Origin: Octopus vulgaris
Taxonomy: Eukaryota
DNA length: 64,000 bases
Assembly (NCBI GenBank): GCA_951406725.2
Contig: OX597820.1
Location: forward strand, 25,358,001-25,422,000
Direction of reading: 5' to 3'
Shown here: piece after piece, positions 11,945 through 25,100 of the stretch
Position numbering within the stretch: the first letter of the stretch is position 1
Layout of the letters: each line of letters starts with the position of its first letter
Position numbers and translations under genes: made by a program
The notes under the pieces: generated by a model
Told to the model about the DNA's origin: nothing
Databases searched by the model: none
Seen by the model: the letters and a program-made list of their open reading frames with translations, nothing else

Positions 11945-12120
11945 TTGCTCTAGGCTCACATTAGGCAAGAAGCTGAAGATTTTTTTGGCCCATGACACTT
12001 CATGGACTCTAAATAAGGCATGTGTAAAATTTTAATGAAATCTGTTGGGTAGTTCTCAAGTTTTAGCAATGCACACAGACAAACAGACAGACACACATTC
12101 TCAGTTTTATATATATATAT
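11945..12120 (-). mobile_element. Non-autonomous Helitron-like 5' fragment
   Basis: Minus strand reads TATATATAAAACTGAGAATGTGTGTCTGTCTGT...GATTTCATTAAAATTT, a typical Helitron 5' region. Confidence 0.55.
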
Positions 12121-12325
12121 CTGTGTGTCTGTGTTCATCATCCTACTATTGCTTAATGTGTTTACATCCCCCATAACTTAGCTGTTCAGCAAAAGAGACC
12201 GATAGAATAAGTACTAGGTTTACAAAGAATTAGCAATGGGGGTCGATTCGTTCGACTAAAAGCGGTGCTCCAGCATGGCCACAGTCAACTGGAACAAGTA
12301 AAAGAATATATATATATATATGTAT

Positions 12326-13243
12326 AGGTGTAGGCATGGTTGTATGGTAAGTAGCTTGCTTCCTAACCATGTGGTTCCAGGTTCAGCTCCACTTGTGTGG
12401 CACCTTGGGCAACTGTCTTCTACTACAGCCTTGGGTTGACCAAAGCCTTGTGAGTGGATTTGGTAGACAGAAACTGAAAGAAGCTCATCATTTATACATA
12501 TACCAGCAGTATCGCCCGGCGTTGCTCGGGTTTGTAAGGGAAATAACTATATAAGCATTTTTAGAGAGTTACTTCCTTTATAGATGCCAATTCGGGCTTT
12601 CTTAGCCATTTCTGTTTTGGTGTCTTCAAGCCATGAAGTCGTTGTTCTAAAAGAACGCTGGTCTCCTTGACAACGCATTACGACGTTGATTTCCTTAAAC
12701 TCCCTTCCCCACAGCTTCACGAGAGAGGGAAGAAGGGGGAGAAGCAAACACAGGTGCAGGTGTTTGAGCGTGGACGCCAACTCCGCCGCCATCGACACAC
12801 GAAAAATTATGCATTAAAATGGAATAAAAAATTATGTTAAATTATTTTTAAAATCGTAGACTCATCGTAGACGCGCGCTAATAGCCAGACGGGCTCGATA
12901 TTAATCACGACTATAAGATACCCGAATTTGGTTAAACTGCACCGCAAAATGTGGGAGGAGTTAGAAATCTAAATCATAGGAGACAGACACTCACACAACT
13001 ACAGTTTTATGTATGTAGGTATTTATGTGTTTGTGTTTGTCCCTCCATCACTTGACAACTGATACTGGTGTGTTTATGTCCCTGTAACTTACTGGTTCAG
13101 CAAAAGAGACCGATAAAATAAGTACTAGGCTTACAAAGAATAAGTTCTGGGGATGATTTCTTTGACTAAAACCATTTTAAGGGAGTACTCCAGCATGGCT
13201 GCAGTCAAATGACTAAAACAAGTAAAAGAGTGAAAGAATAAAA

Positions 13244-13246
<3 letters not shown>
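12326..13246 (+). mobile_element. SINE family A split by a Helitron
   Basis: Head at 12326-12500; body and tail resume at 13020-13246. Confidence 0.85.
12503..13019 (-). mobile_element. Non-autonomous Helitron, apparently complete
   Basis: Minus-strand 3' end has hairpin CCCGAGCAACGCCGGG (12515-12530) followed 8 nt later by CTGG|T (CTRR). The 5' end is ...TACATAAAACTGTAGTTGTGTGAGTGTCTGTC. No TSD. Confidence 0.8.
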
Positions 13247-13281
<35 letters not shown>

Positions 13282-13305
13282 TATGTATGTGTGTGCCTTT
13301 GTGTA

Positions 13306-13338
<33 letters not shown>

Positions 13339-13966
13339 GCATGTATACATACGCACGTACACACATATGCATTTACATTTGTATACATATATACATATTT
13401 CTTTATTGCCCACAAAGGGATAAACATAGAGGGGACAAACAAGGACAGACAAAGGGATTAAGTTGATTACATTGACCACAGTGCGTAACTGGTGCTTAAT
13501 TTATCAACACTGAAAGGATGAAAACCATGAAACGAGCATGAGGGATTTCAAATTCGGTGGGCCCCACCCGCCTCATATACAAGAATTAAAATGTTGGAAA
13601 ATTAGCAAATTTAAATCTCAAAACCTGTTTATTGCATGTAATTGACAAGTTAGAAGAGAAAGTTTACTAACAACTAAAAATGGCGTTCTATAGATACACT
13701 TTTAAAAATTCGATTTTTTTTCTCACACATTCACTTGCTGTGTTTGACTTCTCCTTCATTTTGAAAAGTACAATGCAGAATATGATAAAATGGCAGGAAA
13801 TTGTGAAAAAAGAAGATATATCATTTTAGCAGTTGTTTTGTTGTTCCAAAGGCACAATGTGTGTGTGTGGTGGGGAAGATAAACATTTAAAAGACATGGC
13901 TTTTTAAAACTTCATTGTTTTGCAAAATTGGGGAAACTCTAACATATATATAGGACAGTTATTTCA

Positions 13967-14515
13967 TTTCTCCATCAGATGACAACACACAAGCTCTGGT
14001 CTTCTCATTGGTCTTTGCAATGGCAAGAACTAGTTCTTTTGGAATGCCAAATGCTCAAAGGATTTTCAACATTTTGTAGCAATGCATGCTGTGAAATGCT
14101 TTGCTGAAGTCCACAAAGGTTATAATGGCTGATAGTTGTCTTGATTTAACTCCTGTGATATGCCTCAGGGCTAAGATTTGAAATGTTGTGGATCTCCTTG
14201 GTCTAAATCCACGTTGATTTGGTCTCAGATGGCTATCAAGCACCTATCGAATCTTGTTGAAGATCATTCGGTTGATGACTTTGAGTGAGATATTGGACAG
14301 TGCAATTCCTCTCTAGTTAATCTCACTGCTGAGGTTTCTGACTTTGGGATTGGCATCAAGTCAATCTTGAACCACTGATCTGGACTTTCTAGGTTCTGCA
14401 AGAGCTTACTCACAAAATTCAGCATTATTTCATCCAGACTGCACCTCTTGGTAACGTCAAGGAGAATTCCATCAGGGCCAGCAGCTTTTCCCTCTTTCAA
14501 TCTGTTCTTGGCACT
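13967..14515 (-). mobile_element. RTE-clade LINE RT, inverted 5' segment
   Basis: KAAGPDGI, QW..IDLMPIPKS, NQRGFRPRRST..QILALR, FVDFSKAF, ...VLSSDGE. Confidence 0.9.
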
Positions 14516-15670
14516 CTGAATTCTTTCAAATACTAGCTGGGGTGCTACAAGGAGATACACTTGCACCTTACCTGTTTGTAATTATATTGGATTATGCAAT
14601 GCTGCAGTGACTATGACCTAGGTTTCATCATAGACCAGCGAAGATCATGGATAGTACCAGCAGTAACCATCACAGACCTAAACTTTGCCGATGATATAGC
14701 ATGCATATCTAACAAAACAGATCAAGCTCAACAACTGTTCAGCAGAGTAGAAACGTTAGCTACTAAAATAGGACTGCATACAAATGTCAAGGAAACAGAA
14801 TACATGTCTTTTAACCAATTAAGTGATACTGAACTGTTTGCTCTGAGCAGTTCCAAATTGAATGTTGCTCAAGACTTCAAGTACTTAGGTGGTTGGGTGA
14901 GCAGTTTGGAAGCAGACATCAAGATCAGGAAGACACAAGCATGGACAGCCTGCCACAAACTAAAGCAAATTTGGAACTCCAATTTGCCCAGACAAATCAA
15001 AGTCAAGTTTTCCTTACAGCTGTTGAATCAGTGCTATTATATGGCAATGAAACTTTATCAAACAGGCTAAATGGATGCTACACAAGGATGCTACAAATGG
15101 TCCTAAATGTGAAATGGTAGCAACATATCTCTATATATATAAACAGCAAAATGTCTGTGTGTGTGTGTATCCTTTATACAAATCCACAATCTTTCAGTTA
15201 GAGGGCTCGCACTTTCTATGGCCATTCAAAACCGTCCAAGGGTGGTCGTGCACATCTTTACATTTCCCCAGTCACACCGCAAAGCCATTAAAAAATCAAT
15301 AGAAGTGACATTTTTGTGAATTTTCTATCCAAAACCCAATCAAAATGCCCGAAACTTGATACGCCAATTGAATGCCAGCTAGCTGTATGTGATTGGTCGG
15401 AGATTTGGACAGTACTCGCGTGTATGTGCACACGCATGCAGCTGTATATGCATGCACTAGCACTATGAAGACCTGCCAAAAGTTAGCAAGATGATCAGGC
15501 AAAGAGAGCTGTGACTACCTGATCACTGCATGCACCACCCAGAGGTGGAAACATCCAATTAGTTTTGTGGAAGCCTCTTCATGGTGATGTAAGAAGAAGA
15601 AAATGTTGTCACACTTCAACAACTTGATTGCAAACACTGGCCTGGAATATATCTAGGACCTCAAGGCAGT
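14516..15670 (+). mobile_element. RTE-clade LINE RT, 3' segment (pseudogene), interrupted by a Helitron-like insert
   Basis: EFFQILAGVLQGDTLAPYLF, DLNFADDIA, DFKYLGGW, AWTACHKLKQIW, VESVLLYG.ET, GCYTRML, LYEDLPKVS. Confidence 0.9.
15128..15460 (+). mobile_element. Non-autonomous Helitron-like insertion within RTE
   Basis: Starts A|TCTCTATATATATAAA...GTCTGTGTGTG and ends with an imperfect GCATGCA palindrome plus CTAG at 15457-15460. RTE coding sequence resumes afterwards. Confidence 0.65.
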
Positions 15671-15685
15671 GATGATGCACCAAAA

Positions 15686-15920
15686 AGGCGGCAAGCTGGC
15701 AGAAGCGTTAGCACATCAGGCAAAATGCTTAGCAGTATTTCGTCTGCCGTTACGTTCTGACTTCAAATTCTGCCTAGGTCGACTTTGCTTTTCATCCTTT
15801 TGGGGTCAATAAATTAAGTACCAGTTATGCACTGGGGTCGATGTAATCGACTTAATCCCATTGTCTGTCCTTGTTTGTCCCCTCTATGTTTAGCCCCTTG
15901 TGAGCAATAAAGAAATAAGA
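15686..15920 (+). mobile_element. SINE family B, full length
   Basis: AAGGCGGCAAGCTGGCAGAA head to AATAAAGAAATAAG tail. Other copies at 13397-13525, 18372-18587, 23570-23765, 25170-25330, 48825-49025, 53248-53450, 60430-60650 and 62320-62492. Confidence 0.9.
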
Positions 15921-16007
15921 AGTGTGGAGGGTAGACTTTGTTGCTGTGGCCTAGGCTGGAACCCGGCCATAGTAATAAATATTTCGAAAGTCTGCTTTTC
16001 CAGTTTC

Positions 16008-16812
16008 CAGTAAGGATAGTGGGGCACAATGAGTAATATTTACTGCATTTTTCACTTTTGAGAAAAAAGAATATTTTTTATAAATCTTCACTACCTAACA
16101 AAATCTACATCAGCTAAGCAAATGACATTCTCTAAGTGCATTAAAAACACTATAACATATTCAAATCACTGACTCAGAAAATGAACTCCATTCTCTTTGA
16201 CAAATTCAGATGGAACAAAATGAGTAAGACAAGCTAAGTTAAATCTGCCTCTTTAATTCACTAGAATTACATTTGAAAAAAAAAAAACAAAAAAAAAAAC
16301 TTGTACACATCAATGTCCACACTTAGACACCAGAAAGTTCAGAAATTCAACAAAAATTGAATTTTTCTATAGCTTTCTCACAATCTGCAGGAGTGGCTCT
16401 CTTCCTGATATAGTTAAGCATGATACAGTTAAAGAGAAGCTATTGATATGAGTCATTACTCATTTTGCCCCAGTTTCGACATCAGATTTTCAAAATTGAA
16501 AACTGTCAAAATCGACAGTAATCCAACAGAGAAAAGAATTTCGATTGTTAAGCACCAAAAATTATCTAGATCCTTTATTAGCAACCTCAGTTACAATTGG
16601 GTCAAATTTGATGGAAAACTTACTGAAAAAAGTACCTGTTACTTGTTTCAAAACTTCTTGACTGGAGCAACAACTATGGTAGCCAATATTTACTCCCAAA
16701 GATGATGCAGGAGTACAAAATGGTGAGGCAATACTTGCAATGTAACGATTTCAAAAAGACAGTAAGAAGATAATAAGAAATTTATAATTACTCATTTTGC
16801 CCCACTCCTCTG
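16008..16812. mobile_element. Tc1/pogo-like non-autonomous DNA transposon
   Basis: Inverted termini AGTGGGGCA(C/A)AATGAGTAAT at ~16018-16037 and ATTACTCATTTTGCCCCACT at ~16787-16806. An extra internal copy lies at ~16455-16472. TA flank on the right. Confidence 0.6.
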
Positions 16813-17829
16813 TAGTTATTTCGAGTATTTGACAAAGTGATGAAAAATATCAAAAAGAAAAAGAAAAAAGAAACAAGATTCGATTTAATGAGAAACATGT
16901 GAGCATGAAAGCAATAATTTTAAAGCTAAAAAAAATGTTTTGAGCTGTTGGGAGGTGTAATTTTATAATTAAAAGTAAATTTAAAATTTAAATTTTGGAA
17001 TATATTCATTACTTATTTTCTGTTTTGTAAAATAAGACCAGTTTTCAATGCCTCATTGAAATAATCAAGTTTATAATGACGATATATGTGTGAACATGTT
17101 TGTGTGTGTGTGTGCATGCGTGTATGTGTGTATGTGCACACATGTCTTTAATTGCAAGTGGTCAAGCCAAGGTCACTGCTCAGTCATGCATTGAAAGGAA
17201 TTTGAACTAGAGACAATAAATGACTTCACTTTAATTTATCTTTATATAATCATACTCTCTATCTCTCACACACAAACACACATACACTCACAAATACATA
17301 CATACATTTTAGGAGTGTTTTGTCATTTACCATTTCTCTGTCAAAGCAGCGATAATTAATTCCCAAGGGAACAGTAGCTGCCTTAGGACTGGAGAGTAAA
17401 CTGTTTTTTAATTGAATGAATTGGTGTCTCTAATGTGATTAAAACTATGGTTATTTATCAAAAAGACAGATCAATTACAATTTTAAGAATTGTTTATTGA
17501 AAAAGAGCCTCTGCATGCAAGATTGCTGGGAGGTGGGGGAGAGCATTCCTGTATTGAGTTCTGCATATCCTTCTTAAGAGGGCCCCTGTTAATCCGGCTC
17601 TGTTCCTAACATCAACCATATCAGTGTGCTTTTTCTTGTCTTCAGTACTAGTGAGACTGCCATGCAGTTTGCAAGACTATGAATCTTGCAAGGGTAGCTT
17701 TATGCTAGAAGATGAGGTGTAGAGAAGGGTAAAAGTATGAGAGAAGGGGTCAGAACAGAATGGGTTTCTTGATGTAAAGGGTTTACATGATCGCTGACAT
17801 CTTAGAAGAGGTACCCTGTCAATATCCTT

Positions 17830-18930
17830 ATCTAAGTTCAGCTTTTGATTCCTTGCTATGCAGTTATCTTACTAGAAAAATGGCATCAGTTGTACTTCCT
17901 CGTGGCATTTTATCATAGTTAAATCTCTTCTTGGTCAGTTGTTCCATAACTTTCAAAACCCCGTCGAACAATTTGTTATTTTTGTGATTTCCTTTTTCTC
18001 TTGTGCAAGCCTTTAGGTAAAACACCTTTCTGTGCTACTGGATTGACTATCGTAGCAACTAGCCTGTACCCTACCATACCAAATTTGTAAGCATTTTAGC
18101 AATAATTCCTGATGGACCAGGTGCTTTCTTTGCCTTAATTATTTTATCTACCTCACTGCTGTCAACTTGAAAGGCAGGTCCCTCTGTTGGGTCTGCTTGG
18201 GGTAGACTTTCTTTGTCTCATGTATTCCATACATTCATGAGCTTCTCATAGGAGCACTTCCATGTTTCTTTCTTTCAGCATCAGTAAGAACAACTGTGCT
18301 GTTACCATTCCATAACAACATTTTGATATTCTCTAACATACTGCATAGCTTCACACCTCTGTTTCTTATATTGGTTTCAAATTTTGGCACAAGGCCAGCA
18401 TTTTCGGGGAGGGGATGAGTCAATTGCATCAACCCCTGTGCGTAACTGGTGCTTATTTTTATTAACCCTGAAGAGATGAAAGGCAAAGTTGACCTCAGTG
18501 GAATTTGAACTCAGAATGTAAGAACACCCAAAATACTGCCATGCATTTTGCCTAGCATGCTAACAATTCTGCCAGCTCACTGCCTTATCCTCGGTTTCTC
18601 ATATTACATGGCATCCAAACCTCTTTATTTCTGCATCCTTTCTTGCAAGGTATACCTGACATATAGCTTCCCTTCTAGCAATTTCACAGTTTGTTCTGGA
18701 GTCTCTTTCCTTACAATCATTCCAAGCTTGCCCCTTAACTTTTTCATCTCTATCTCCAGTTGTATTCCACTACTGTGTCACTTTGTGTCTGGCTGGGACA
18801 TGGCATCAGCAACAGACTTAGTCTGTAATCTGTAGCCTGCTACAGATTGTCACATAGAAACTCTCAATTTTCCTCTTTACTGCAACATTACAGAAGGCCT
18901 CCTGGTGTTATTTAAACATGTCCAGTAAAA
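17830..18930 (-). mobile_element. Degenerate RTE-type LINE fragment (second family), with a SINE-B inserted at 18372-18587
   Basis: Minus strand reads PTEGPAFQVDSSEVDKII..KAPGPSGIIAKML and GSTTDAIFLVR*L. Confidence 0.7.
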
Positions 18931-19130
18931 TGTCAACAGCAGTAATGAGGTTACTATCATTCATAATTCAAGTATGCAGAAGGGTTTCATAAAAAAAGAT
19001 CATTCTGTCCTTCTGCTGAGCACGACTGCAATGAATATACTCTACTGAAATAAATATTGCAGGTGTGTTTTCTATAACTAGCCAGTGTGGAAGGGAAGCT
19101 AAATATCAAATGATGATCATGATGATGAGA

Positions 19131-19161
<31 letters not shown>

Positions 19162-19173
19162 TATACACACACA

Positions 19174-19397
19174 CGAGGAGGTGCTGAAAAGTTCCTGGCT
19201 TTGGATAAAAGAAAATACAGGAGGATCGGTCAATTATGATTTTATTCAACATATTCCCCTCACAGATTCACACACTTGCTGCAGTGGTCCTTCAGTTTTA
19301 CTAAGCCCCATAAGTCTGTAAAAGAACTCGAAAGATTGGGCCTCCAACCAGGCCTTTTGCAATACACTTAAAGCCAGGAACTTTTTAGCACTCATTG
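19174..19397. mobile_element. mariner-type MITE
   Basis: TIRs CGAGGAGGTGCTGAAAAGTTCCTGGCTTT / AAAGCCAGGAACTTTTTAGCACTCATTG, TA flank. Second copy at 20716-20936. Confidence 0.8.
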
Positions 19398-19402
19398 TAC
19401 AC

Positions 19403-19469
<67 letters not shown>

Positions 19470-19767
19470 TTTATCACACAAACACACATATATACATATA
19501 TATATCTATATGAATGATCATGTGATTACATACAAACATATATGTATGTATATGTGTGTGTATTTGTATGAATTATTTATTCAGCCTGATGGCTATTTGC
19601 TGTGCTAGTAAATGTATCATTTACTGTTTACTATAATGCGGTCAACAGACGTCTAGGCTGGCTGCATGTACATATTATTGACAAGGCCCAAAAGGCAAAA
19701 CTGTATCTGGCATTTTCCTTAGCCACCGCCAAGATAAATTTTCATCTCCTTCTGATATGTATATATA

Positions 19768-20130
19768 CTCTTTTACTCTTTTACTTGTTTCAGTCATTTG
19801 ACTGCGGTCATGCTGGAGCACCGCCTTTAATCGAGCAACTCGACCCCGGGACTTATTCTTTGTAAGCCCAGTACTTATTCTATCGGTCTCTTTTGCCGAA
19901 CCGCTAAGTGACGGGGACGTAAACACACCAGCATCGGTTGTCAAGCAATGCTAGGGGGACAAACACATACACACACACTTATATATACATATATACGACA
20001 GGCTTCTTTCTGTTTCCGTCTACCAAATCCACTCACAAGGCATTGGTCGGCCCGGGGCTATAGCAGAAGACACTTGCCCAAGATGCCACGCAGTGGGACT
20101 GAACCTGGAACCATGTGGTCGGTTAGCAAA
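19768..20130 (-). mobile_element. SINE family A (young copy with CpGs retained)
   Basis: Reverse complement of the family A consensus. Other copies at 24145-24523 (-), 34352-34712, 37557-37780, 46991-47625, 56948-57275, 63910-64000 (+) and 61020-61190 (-). Confidence 0.9.
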
Positions 20131-20280
20131 TTGTCTTTAAGCATGTTCATCTTCATCATCATCATCATCATCATCATTATTTAGCATCCATTTTCCATGC
20201 TTGTATGGGTTGGATGGTTTGACTGCAAACTGGTAAACTGGGGAGCTGCACCAGGTTTCAGCCCAATTTGGTATGGTTTC

Positions 20281-20514
20281 TTATTTCTTTATTGCCCACA
20301 AGGGGCTAAACATAGATGGGAACAAACAAGGACAGACAAAGGGATTAAGTCGATTACATCAACCCTAGTGCATAACTGGTACTTAATTTATTGACCTCAA
20401 AAGTATGAAAAGCAGAGTCGACCTTGGCAGAATTTCAACTCAGAACGTAACGGCAGATGAAATACCGCTATGCATTTCGCCCGTCGTGCTAATGATTCTG
20501 CCAGCTCACCGATA
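20281..20514 (-). mobile_element. SINE family B inserted in a family C element
   Basis: 12-bp TSD tggtatggtttc at 20269-20280 and 20515-20526. Confidence 0.88.
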
Positions 20515-20715
20515 TGGTATGGTTTCTACTGCTGGATGCAGCCATGCTGGGGCTACACTTTGAAAGGTTTTAGTCGAACAAATAAACCCCCAGGACTTTT
20601 TTTTTTTTTTTGAGAAGCAAGCTTCTTACCACAGCAATACCTGCGCTTTATTTGTAAACATAGTCATCATCATAATTTCAAATCTGCTTTTCATGCTGAC
20701 ATAGCTACCCATATA

Positions 20716-20936
20716 TGGGAGGAGATGCTGGAAAGTTCCTGGCTTTGGATAAAAAAAAATACAGGAGGATCAGTTAATTATGATTTTATTCAACATGTTC
20801 CCCTCTCAGATTCACACACTTATTGCAGTGGCCCTTCAGTTGTCCAAAGCCCTGTAAAAGAACTCAGAAGGTTCGGCCCCCAACCAGGCCTTTCGCGATA
20901 ATCTTAAAGCCAGGAACTTTTAAGCACCCTATCATG
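20716..20936. mobile_element. mariner-type MITE (second copy)
   Basis: Colinear with 19174-19397. Confidence 0.8.
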
Positions 20937-21431
20937 TGTATATATATATATATATTTAATAAATAAAATATATGCATACATACATACATATATGTACGTA
21001 CCTACATCTACATGTATATATACATGCATATATAAATATATATATATTTATATATGCATGTATATATACATATATGTATGTATGTATGCATATATTTTAT
21101 TTATTAAATTATTGCATGACTGAGCGCCCTCACGTCGTTTCGTTTCCTTTCTGTTCTCCAAGTAAGTTTTTATATATATATATATATATTGAATCTTTAA
21201 ACATAGTATATCAATAAAAAAAATTCATCTTAGATGTAAAACTGCAGTAACATGTCTGTCAATGGTGTATATACATTCAGTATGATACGTAAATGGCTGT
21301 TATACATTTATGTTTCCTGAGATCTTAATAAAAATAATACATGCCACAGCTTGCCTCATGGAAGTACAGAACATTTCCTACCCATAGCGATATATACACA
21401 CATACATATATATATGAACGTGTGTGTATAT

Positions 21432-21526
<95 letters not shown>

Positions 21527-22140
21527 CACATACTTGTATAAATATATATATATTTATATGTATGTATATATGTATATAGACACTACATCATTTTTGAAAG
21601 ATTTATTTATTGGAACAAAATATCTTCTGATGCATTTAAATACTTAATCTAGTATTTAGTAAACATGCCTTTCACATAATACTTCATTAAGTTTGAAGCA
21701 CCAGGTAGTGTCTACAAGGATAACATGTTATAATGAAGGGTGTCCATTTTCTTTTGAGATGTGTGTGTGTGTGTAAATACACAAACCCATATACATACAA
21801 ATATACAGATACAAACACACACAAAACCCACATACATACACACACAAACCCCATATACAAACATGAAAATCACACATACAAAACACATGCATGCACAAAC
21901 AAATGAATTGCACAGGTAAGAATACACACCATAGAAAGACAGAATGGACGAAACAGGACAGGAGGAGACATGGGATGGAGAGTTGCTGAAGAGGTCACAA
22001 AATGTGCGATGAAAGATTTCAGACAGATAAGAACAATAATAAAGCTGAGGTGAATAGCAAGTGTATAGTGCTTGTGTTTATTTGGCATAAAGAATAAAAT
22101 GTCCTTCCCAAAACATAACAATATATATCTCCATCCATCC

Positions 22141-22193
<53 letters not shown>

Positions 22194-25100
22194 GCAAAGT
22201 GGTTGGCATTTGGAAGAGCATCTAGCCATAAAAACTATGCCAAAACTGACCTTAGCTGTGCAGATGCCACATAAAAAGCAGTCTACCTGTTCTGTGGAAT
22301 GGTTGATATTAGGAAGGGCATCCAACCATAAAATCCATGCCAAAACAGACACAGAAGTATTGTGGTATAGGCTTCTGCCTGGCCTGCTCGAATCAAACCA
22401 TCCAACTCATGCCAGTATGGAAAACAGACATTAAATAATGATGATATACATACATCATCATCATCGTTTAACGTCCGCTTTCCATGCTAGCATGGGTTGA
22501 ACGATTTGACTGAGGTCTGCACCAGACTCCAATCTGATCTGGCAGAGTTTCTACAGCTGGATGCCCACCAACAACTCCGAGAGTATAGGGGTGCTTTAAC
22601 GTGTCACTGGCATGAGGGCCAGTCAGGCAGTACTGGCAATGGCCATGCTCAAATGGTGCTTTTTATGTGCCACCTGCACAGGAGCCAGTCCAGCGGCACT
22701 GGCGATGACCTCGCTCGAATGTTTTTTCACGTGCCACCAGCACAAGTGCCAGTAAGGCGACGCAGGTAACGACCATACTCAAATGGTGTTTTTTACGTGC
22801 CATCGGCATGGAGGCCAGCTTGTTGCTCTGGCAACGATCACACTAGTATGGTATTCTTAGTGCTCCACTAGCACAGATGCCAGTCATCGAATATATGTAT
22901 ATGTGCATATATATATATTTATTTAGACATGTGTATGTTTATATATAAATCCATATATATATATATGTATCACTGTAGGTGAGTTGTGTTATATATTTCC
23001 ATGACACAAGCTGCAGCATGTTCTTTTGATTTAGATTTCAGTATACAGAAATGTATAATCCTAATTTGTATGGTTTTGTAATATTATCTAGAGATCCAGT
23101 GTCAAGGGCCACTATCAGTGTATTTGCCTGCTTTGATATATATCATTCAGTGACACTTAATGACCCAAAATCCACAAAAGAAAAGAAAGGAAATTATTCA
23201 GGCAAATGACTGTAAATGTGTGAGTGTGTGTTTGTGCATGTGTGTGTAGATGTATGTGACTGATCTTGTGTGTATGTGGTGGAGTGATTATTCAAGTGTG
23301 TATTTAGTATATTTTGAAAGTGTTGCCTTCTTAAAGCTGATAAACATACTCAAAGTTGATTTGTGATACATTTTTTTATTTTTTCGTTTTCAGTTATATT
23401 CTCAGAAATTTTTATTTTCGCTTTGCTTGGTGGCCTTCTTGATGGGTTTTAAAATTTAACAACTCAAAACCGAAACTGATTGGGAAACTCACAGGGAAAA
23501 TTGTGGCAAAAATTTCTGTGAATATAAATGAAAATAAGAAGTGAATGACAACCTGTGTGTGTGTTTATAGCAGAATCGTTAGCACACTGCACAAAATGTT
23601 TAATGGCATTTCACCCATCTTTACAATTAGAGTTCAAATACCACTGAGGTTAACCTTCTTTTCCATTCTTTTGGAGTCAGTAAAATAAGTACCAGCTGAG
23701 TACTGGGGTCGATGTAATCAACTTACCCCCCACCCCACCCTGTGCCAAAATTTAAAACTAATATTACTCTTCCAAAATACAACACTCTTAATATCACACG
23801 TTTAATGTATATAAGTTATTTAAATGCCAGGAGCTGTGGTTTTCGTTCAAGAAAGATTATAGTGTTGGAAACACAACATGCATAAAAAGCTAGGTGAAAT
23901 GAAACCACCTCAAAAGTGAAGACAAGCATTGCAGATACAGTATTTCGTTATTTTTGCAGGTTATCAATGCTATGCACTCACTTCAATTCTGAATGGAATC
24001 AGAACCACTAGTCTGAAGTATGTACACTGTAAAACTATTTGCTGATTTAAAATTGCATTGCACAAGCAGAATAAATACAAATTAAGCAACAGGAGTATTT
24101 CTGTAATGTAAACATGACCAATATCACATATTTAATATATGTATTCTCTTTTACTCTTCTTTTTTTACTCCTTTACTTTTAGTCGAGCAAATCGACCCCA
24201 GGACTTATTCTTTGTAAGCCTAGTACTTATTCTATCGGTCTCTCTTGCCAAACCGCTAAGTTATGGGGACGTAAACACACCAACATCGGTTGTCAAGCGA
24301 TGTTGGGGGGACAAACACAGACACACAAACACACACATACATATTTATATACATATATATGACGGGCTTCTTTCAGTTTCTGTCTACCAAATCCACTCAC
24401 AAGGCTTTGGTCAGCCCAAGGCTATAGTAGAAGACACTTACCCAAGGTGCCATGCAGTGGGACTGAACCCAGAACTGTGTGGTTGGTAAGCAAGCTACTT
24501 ACCACACAGCCACTCCTACGCCTATGTATGTTGAAATCCCAGAAATGGTGGTTTTTCATCTGGGAAAGATCCCCTTAATGACCTAACATATGATTTCAAA
24601 TCAAAATTCTTGCAAAATATTCAAAAATTCATCAACATCATCATCATGACCATCACCACCACCATCATCATCGCCGTCATCTTCATTTTAACTGTCCACT
24701 TTCCCATGCTTGCATGAGTCAGATGGGATTTGTTGAATTAGTTGATATTCAGCATAGATCAAATTGTTTGTGCTTCTTTTCTTTTTCTTTTTCTGTTTTT
24801 CTGTGTTTTTGATTCTGTTCCTAAGATCTTTTGAATAAACTATCAATACCTTGACAGCAGATCCTAGATTAAATCGAATTGAACTTGTATTATTGCGCTA
24901 ACAAAATTTCTATAACTTTTTCAGTTTTATCCACTATTTTGAACTTGAAATGCCTCCTTTGTGATTTCTATGCTTACATATATATGCATGCACACATGTG
25001 CACACATATACACAAACAAACAAGTACATAAACAAATGTATACACCTGCACACAAATAAGAAGTAACTTAACCAGATATACAAGAGCTCTCACCCATTAT

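Noticed and set aside
23430-23490. Possible hammerhead (TTGATG-GGTTTT...AAAACC-GAAA)
   Set aside because: The core lacks A9 and helices I and III are not convincing. At most a decayed PLE motif.
23960-24017. Candidate exon 2 (ttttgcag|G...GAA|gtatgt)
   Set aside because: In the phase needed to continue exon 1 it hits a TAG stop, and it shows no ankyrin similarity.
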